Shown: piece after piece, positions 59,688-64,000 of the stretch | How the letters are laid out: each line of letters starts with the position of its first letter | Numbering within the stretch: the first letter of the stretch is position 1 | DNA from: Candidatus Woesebacteria bacterium | Lineage (GTDB): Bacteria; Patescibacteriota; Microgenomatia; UBA8517 | Assembly (NCBI GenBank): GCA_963784785.1 | Contig: CAWASW010000007.1 | Coordinates: 66,394-130,393, forward strand | Direction: 5' to 3' | Length of the DNA stretch: 64,000 nucleotides | The notes under the pieces: generated by a model | What the model saw: only the letters and a program-made list of their open reading frames with translations | What the model was told of the DNA's origin: nothing | The model's database searches: none | Position numbers and translations under genes: made by a program

Positions 59688-60497
59688 ATGGGGAAAACTA
59701 AAACAGCTAAATTAACAGATACAGCTAAAGTTACTAAAACTTCTGCTGAAGAATATGCTGAAAAGAAAGCAAAGAAGGCTGCATTACAAAATAAAGTAGA
59801 AAAAGTATCAGAGGTAATAACAAATGAGGTACCAAAAGTATCAGAAGTATCAAAAGTAGAAACAGAACAAGAACCAGAAGTTCCAAAAAGAAAAGAGAAG
59901 ATTTTAACTATTTCATCTCGTGGTAAAAAATACTTAGAATCAAAATCAAAGGTTTCCAAAGCAAATCTTTACAAAATTGAGGATGCAATCAAGGCTGTTA
60001 AAGAATCAAGCTACTCAAAATTTGATGGTACAATGGAACTACATTTAAATGTCAAAAAGACGGGTATAAATGTTCAAACCACTCTTCCATTTTCAACCGG
60101 AAAACAAAAAAGAATTGAAATTGCTGATGAAAAAACATTAGCAAAGCTTAAAGAAGGAAAAATTGACTTTGATTTACTTCTTACAACTGCAGAAATGATG
60201 CCAAAACTAGCTATGTTTGCAAGACTATTAGGTCCTAAAGGATTAATGCCAAATCCTAAAAATGGAACAGTTATAAAGTCAGTTAAAGACGTCGAAAAGT
60301 TTAAAGGTAACATGATTACACTTAAGACTGAGAGAGAAGCTGCTTTAATTCATACATCATTTGGAAAAGTATCACAGAAACAAGAAGAGCTTGTAACCAA
60401 TGCTGAAGCCATTTTAACAGCCCTTGGAGGATCAAAGTCTATAGTTAGAGCTTTCATGAAGTCAACAATGAGTCCTTCAGTTAAAATAACTATCTAA
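59688..60497 (+). CDS. rplA: 50S ribosomal protein L1 with N-terminal extension
   Basis: KFDGTMELH, LGPKGLMPNPK.GTV, STMSPS. Confidence 0.96.
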   Translation: MGKTKTAKLTDTAKVTKTSAEEYAEKKAKKAALQNKVEKVSEVITNEVPKVSEVSKVETEQEPEVPKRKEKILTISSRGKKYLESKSKVSKANLYKIEDAIKAVKESSYSKFDGTMELHLNVKKTGINVQTTLPFSTGKQKRIEIADEKTLAKLKEGKIDFDLLLTTAEMMPKLAMFARLLGPKGLMPNPKNGTVIKSVKDVEKFKGNMITLKTEREAALIHTSFGKVSQKQEELVTNAEAILTALGGSKSIVRAFMKSTMSPSVKITI

Positions 60498-60738
60498 CTT
60501 GTTGCTTCATTATTCTTAATACTCTTCTGTTTGCCATCTCGATTTTTTCGTAATCTGCTTTAGTAACTTTAAATCCAGACTCTACACCTACACAATTATC
60601 TGGATATCGTAGTATTAGGGTGGATTAATCTAAGATTATATGATTGATAACTTTTACCAAAATATTTTTTTCCTGCCTAGTTTGCAATGTTGCATCAAGA
60701 TTTTGAAATTTATCAACCATATTACATTTTTTTGATTT

Positions 60739-61176
60739 TTATTTATTTTGCAAATCTTTCAAAGCCTCGCCACCGACATCGTCATGATCCGTAGGAAACC
60801 AGTTTACTCCGTCATCAGAACCAAGTGTTACGGGTACAACACCATGCGAACCTGTCGCATCTGATGTTAGAAAGGTACATGTATGACTGTAAACAACAGT
60901 CGATTTTTCCCCTGGCTGACTAAGTAATATTTCTTTTAATTTGTTTGAAGGTATACCGCCCCTTATATTCCAATTTACTGACTTCGATACAGAACTATTA
61001 GGATCATATTGATTTTTACAATCTCTAGACAAAGAACATCCTATGCACCCCTTTTTTGCGTACTTGGTTCTACAAAAAACGCTTCTACGGCCTTTGCCAT
61101 CACCAATGTCAGTTTTTCCAACCCATGTATTGACTAAATTTGTAAATGTCAACTGCGGATCAAATTGTTCTATCAT
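60739..61176 (-). CDS. Hypothetical Cys-containing protein
   Basis: 145-aa ORF. Confidence 0.55.
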   Translation of the reverse strand: MIEQFDPQLTFTNLVNTWVGKTDIGDGKGRRSVFCRTKYAKKGCIGCSLSRDCKNQYDPNSSVSKSVNWNIRGGIPSNKLKEILLSQPGEKSTVVYSHTCTFLTSDATGSHGVVPVTLGSDDGVNWFPTDHDDVGGEALKDLQNK

Positions 61177-61253
61177 CTTAGAGCTGATATTACAGATGTT
61201 TAAATTATTTTTCTTGAGTTCTTGTTGAGTAAAATAGGCAGAAGTTGTATACT

Positions 61254-62060
61254 ATGGATATGACTGAGGCTGATTACATCTGTTTTTTGGCAAAAAATGT
61301 TACTTTAGGCCATTACCAAAATGATGGTTTTTATGTTGTTCCTAAGTATATAAACCATCCAAAATCTGTCTATTTCCCTGACCTTAATTATTCTTCTAAA
61401 TTCTGGAGTTTAATCTCAAAATGTAAAGCAAGAGATTTAGGTGATAAATTTCCAAAAGTTGCAGTTTTAGAAGTAGATTCAAAAATTGATTCCAAAAAAT
61501 CGAAAAGGATTACTTATAGGGATATAACTTTTGATTTGCTCGAAACAGAATATGGAACAATAGGAAGTTTTAATAAGTACATGATGACAAACAGAATAGG
61601 CAACTCAGAACAAGAATTTGAAAAAACTTTTACCCTAATGACACTTCTACTTAAAAGTAAAGAGAGAGGAGAAATAGGAGATGTTGTGTGGCACAAGAGA
61701 AATGCTGTCATTGAATATTTATTTGGTAAATTTAAAACAAAAGAATCAATGGAACTTGCAAAGAAAAGCGAAAAATATTTAGAAAAACTTGGATTTAGCA
61801 ACAAAATTCAACTTCCTAAGCTTAAAAATTTAACAAGACAAGAAGAAGATGTCCTAAATTTACTTCAAGAAAATAATGGAAATATTGTTTCATTTGATAA
61901 AATGGCAGAGGTTTTGTGGAGAGAAAATTCAGACGATAAATTCTCACTTGAGGCCATGGCAAAAGTAATTGAAAATGTAAGAAGAAAAATTAAAGATACT
62001 GGAATAAACAAAGAACTAATCTTCACCAAAAGAGGCAGTGGATATATATTAATTACTTGA
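61254..62060 (+). CDS. Protein with C-terminal OmpR-type winged helix
   Basis: LTRQE..VL.LL, VLW, VRRKI, IFTKRGSGY. Confidence 0.8.
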   Translation: MDMTEADYICFLAKNVTLGHYQNDGFYVVPKYINHPKSVYFPDLNYSSKFWSLISKCKARDLGDKFPKVAVLEVDSKIDSKKSKRITYRDITFDLLETEYGTIGSFNKYMMTNRIGNSEQEFEKTFTLMTLLLKSKERGEIGDVVWHKRNAVIEYLFGKFKTKESMELAKKSEKYLEKLGFSNKIQLPKLKNLTRQEEDVLNLLQENNGNIVSFDKMAEVLWRENSDDKFSLEAMAKVIENVRRKIKDTGINKELIFTKRGSGYILIT

Positions 62061-62093
62061 TTTTATATTTACAAAAGTATTATTATTTATTTA

Positions 62094-62303
62094 ATGACCT
62101 CATTAGTTTATAGGGATTTTTTAACTAATACTTCTGTGGCATGGTTTACTGCTGGAGTTATAACTCCAATTTTTATTGAAAAAATATCAAAGCGAGATTT
62201 ATTAAATAGCATTATCGCGATAATCATGTTTGTGGTATTCTTAAGAGTAGCAAGAGTTCTAGAAACGAACGAGAAAGGAAAAGTAAATGATAAATCAAGA
62301 TAA
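62094..62303 (+). CDS. Small 2-TM protein
   Basis: DFLTNTSVAWFTAGVITP plus hydrophobic helix. Confidence 0.65.
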   Translation: MTSLVYRDFLTNTSVAWFTAGVITPIFIEKISKRDLLNSIIAIIMFVVFLRVARVLETNEKGKVNDKSR

Positions 62304-62397
62304 AATATTATTTGCATATAGCATAGGTGTAATAATGAGCGCAATAATAATTGTTTATATATATTTTGATGTTTTCAAGAAGAAACACAAAAAATGA
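62287..62397 (+). CDS. 36-aa single-TM microprotein
   Basis: MINQDKILFAYSIGVIMSAIIIVYIYFDVFKKKHKK; ATGA overlap with next ORF. Confidence 0.55.
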   Translation: MINQDKILFAYSIGVIMSAIIIVYIYFDVFKKKHKK

Positions 62398-62495
62398 ATT
62401 TAAATATTGAAAATACTGTATACATACTTGCAGGGATATCACTAGTTATTATATTCTGGATAATCCATAAAATGGATCAGGAAGTTAAAAATTAA
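62394..62495 (+). CDS. 33-aa single-TM microprotein
   Basis: MNLNIENTVYILAGISLVIIFWIIHKMDQEVKN. Confidence 0.55.
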   Translation: MNLNIENTVYILAGISLVIIFWIIHKMDQEVKN

Positions 62496-62536
62496 TCTTC
62501 ACCAAAAGAGGAAGTGGGTATTTACTTGTTAGATAA

Positions 62537-62710
62537 TTACCCTAATGTTCTTGATCCTTCGCGTACAGGCTGCTTAGGTGCCTCTTTTGTATTCTCCATT
62601 CTTTTCTTAATCTCATCTTTTGTGTAAGAATCATTTTTTTCACCTTGACCTGCTTCAATTATTCTAATCCTTCCATCAGGGTCTGTCGTTGTTGTCTTTG
62701 TTGGTGTCAT
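62537..62710 (-). CDS. 57-aa hypothetical protein
   Basis: AAGGAGGT SD, MTPTKTTTTDPDGRIR... Confidence 0.5.
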   Translation of the reverse strand: MTPTKTTTTDPDGRIRIIEAGQGEKNDSYTKDEIKKRMENTKEAPKQPVREGSRTLG

Positions 62711-62761
62711 TTACAAATCACCTCCTTGATTTTCATAATGAATATAATATAATACAATCTG

Positions 62762-62812
62762 TCCTAAGAAAACAAGCAGCATCTTATTTTAGAAGCGCAA
62801 GTCTTGTCGAGG
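62762..62812 (+). promoter_or_regulatory. Putative L10 leader
   Basis: cctaaga..acaag / cttgtcgagg just upstream of rplJ resembles the L10-binding leader. Confidence 0.5.
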
Positions 62813-62815
62813 AAT

Positions 62816-63337
62816 ATGAACAGAATAAACAAAACAGATTTAATAACTAAGCTTTCTCCTAAGCTTAAAAGTGCTTCCTCAATTGTCTTTGTAAATTTTG
62901 CTGGTTTATCCGTTGGTCTTCAACAGAAATTAAAATTACAGCTTAAAGCTATAGGATCAGACATGACAGTTGTTAAAAACACCCTCATAAAGCTTGCAGG
63001 GAAAGAAGCAGGTCTAGCAGAAGAAGTATTAACAGATGAAGTACTATCAGGTCAAACTGCACTCATTATGACTGAAGGAGATTCAGTAGCTCCAATCCAA
63101 GTTTTAGGAAAATTTGTTAAAGAAAACCAAGTACCAAACTTCAAAGTAGGTATAATCGATGGCAAATTCCAAGGAAAAGAAGCATTACTTAAGATTTCAA
63201 CCTTACCTACAAAAGAAACTTTATACAGTCAAGTTGTTGGTTCTTTGATGTCACCAATGTACGGATTGGTAGGCACACTAAATGGAAATATGCAGAAACT
63301 AGTGTATATTCTGAAGGAGGTGAGTACACGTGGCTAA
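62816..63337 (+). CDS. rplJ: 50S ribosomal protein L10
   Basis: VVKNTL, LSGQTA, LPTKE.L. Confidence 0.96.
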   Translation: MNRINKTDLITKLSPKLKSASSIVFVNFAGLSVGLQQKLKLQLKAIGSDMTVVKNTLIKLAGKEAGLAEEVLTDEVLSGQTALIMTEGDSVAPIQVLGKFVKENQVPNFKVGIIDGKFQGKEALLKISTLPTKETLYSQVVGSLMSPMYGLVGTLNGNMQKLVYILKEVSTRG

Positions 63338-63719
63338 CAAAGTAAATGAATTAGTAGAAGAAATTTCAAAACTCACAGTTTTAGATTTATCAGAACTTGT
63401 TACTGCACTTCAAGATAAACTTGGAGTTTCAGCAATGCCAGTAGCAGCAGCAGCTCCAGTAGCAGCAGCCGCAGCCGGCGATGCTCCAGCAGGAGAAGCA
63501 TCTGGTGGAAACCAAACTGTAGTAATGACAAATTCAGGAGCAACCAAAATTGCAGTTATTAAAGCTTTGAGAGAAATCAATCAAACTTTAGGACTTAAAG
63601 AAGCAAAAGATGCAACCGATAACGTTCCATTTGAGGTTCTTAAAGATGCAAAACCTGAAGATGTTAAATCAGCAGTCGAAAAGTTAAAGGCAGCTGGTGC
63701 AACAGTAGAGTTAAAATAA
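63330..63719 (+). CDS. rplL: 50S ribosomal protein L7/L12
   Basis: Ala-rich hinge, KIAVIKA.R, LGLKEAK, AGATVELK. Confidence 0.98.
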   Translation: MANKVNELVEEISKLTVLDLSELVTALQDKLGVSAMPVAAAAPVAAAAAGDAPAGEASGGNQTVVMTNSGATKIAVIKALREINQTLGLKEAKDATDNVPFEVLKDAKPEDVKSAVEKLKAAGATVELK

Positions 63720-63750
63720 GAGTATTAGTTAATTAGTATCTTAGAAAAAC

Positions 63751-63780
63751 AGAAAAGCCGCTCGAAAGGGCGGTTTTTTG
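63751..63780 (+). terminator. Rho-independent terminator
   Basis: gccgctc-gaaa-gggcggt followed by a T run. Confidence 0.9.
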
Positions 63781-63815
63781 TGCCTACAAATAATCACACC
63801 TCCGAGGTGTGATGT

Positions 63816-64000
63816 TTAGGAGATACGTGAGAGGAGATAGTCAGAAAAGGCCTTAAGTTCAGGTGAAGTCCTCGCGTCTGGCTCAATTCCTGGGCCTTTA
63901 TTAACCTCAATGATATAAATCTTTCGAGTCAACTTCTCAATTGCCAAATCAACACCTGCAATATCGAGTCCCAAAATGGCTGCAGACTTCAATGCAATTT
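63816..64000 (-). CDS. RimK-like ATP-grasp protein, 3' part (runs off the window)
   Basis: LGLDIAGVDL, IIEVNKGPG. Confidence 0.85.
   Translation of the reverse strand, partial: IALKSAAILGLDIAGVDLAIEKLTRKIYIIEVNKGPGIEPDARTSPELKAFSDYLLSRIS

Noticed and set aside
60491-60720. Small gene antisense to the rplA 3' flank
   Set aside because: Interrupted by a stop and the frame is ambiguous; cannot be supported as a feature
62017-62536. Diversity-generating retroelement template/variable repeat pair
   Set aside because: Repeat too short, mismatches not confined to adenines of one copy, no reverse transcriptase in the window

Overview
AT-rich, gene-dense bacterial chromosome segment using genetic code 11. 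By inference it comes from a Patescibacteria/CPR genome, probably Microgenomates-type: reduced ProRS, CysRS and DprA, promoters directly before start codons, and Cys-rich surface proteins. The housekeeping backbone is ychF, cysS, recR-ybaB-dnaX, ybeY, proS-rseP-frr-tsf-rpsB, folD-glyA-tmk-dut, topA-dprA-pbp2-mreB, def-fmt, rpmB, tRNA-Thr/Tyr/Thr, rpmG, tRNA-Trp, rpsU and secE-nusG-rplKAJL. It is interleaved with single-gene or two-gene insertions (four toxin-antitoxin pairs, Fic, methyltransferase, hydrolase) and several decaying accessory genes. Most striking: (1) a 196-bp structured non-coding element present twice (194/196 identical), each copy right behind a tRNA-Thr gene and followed by an echo of the tRNA 3' end; (2) two free-standing HTH-LAGLIDADG(-like) genes that end at tRNA 5' ends; (3) a separate ~150-nt promoter-driven multi-helix RNA candidate; (4) degenerate 7/8/9-nt repeats and small palindromes written in frame into many core genes; (5) an IS256/IS1249-like element splitting tmk; (6) a split dnaX. 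No CRISPR array or rRNA was seen. All product calls come from motif recognition by eye, not database searches.
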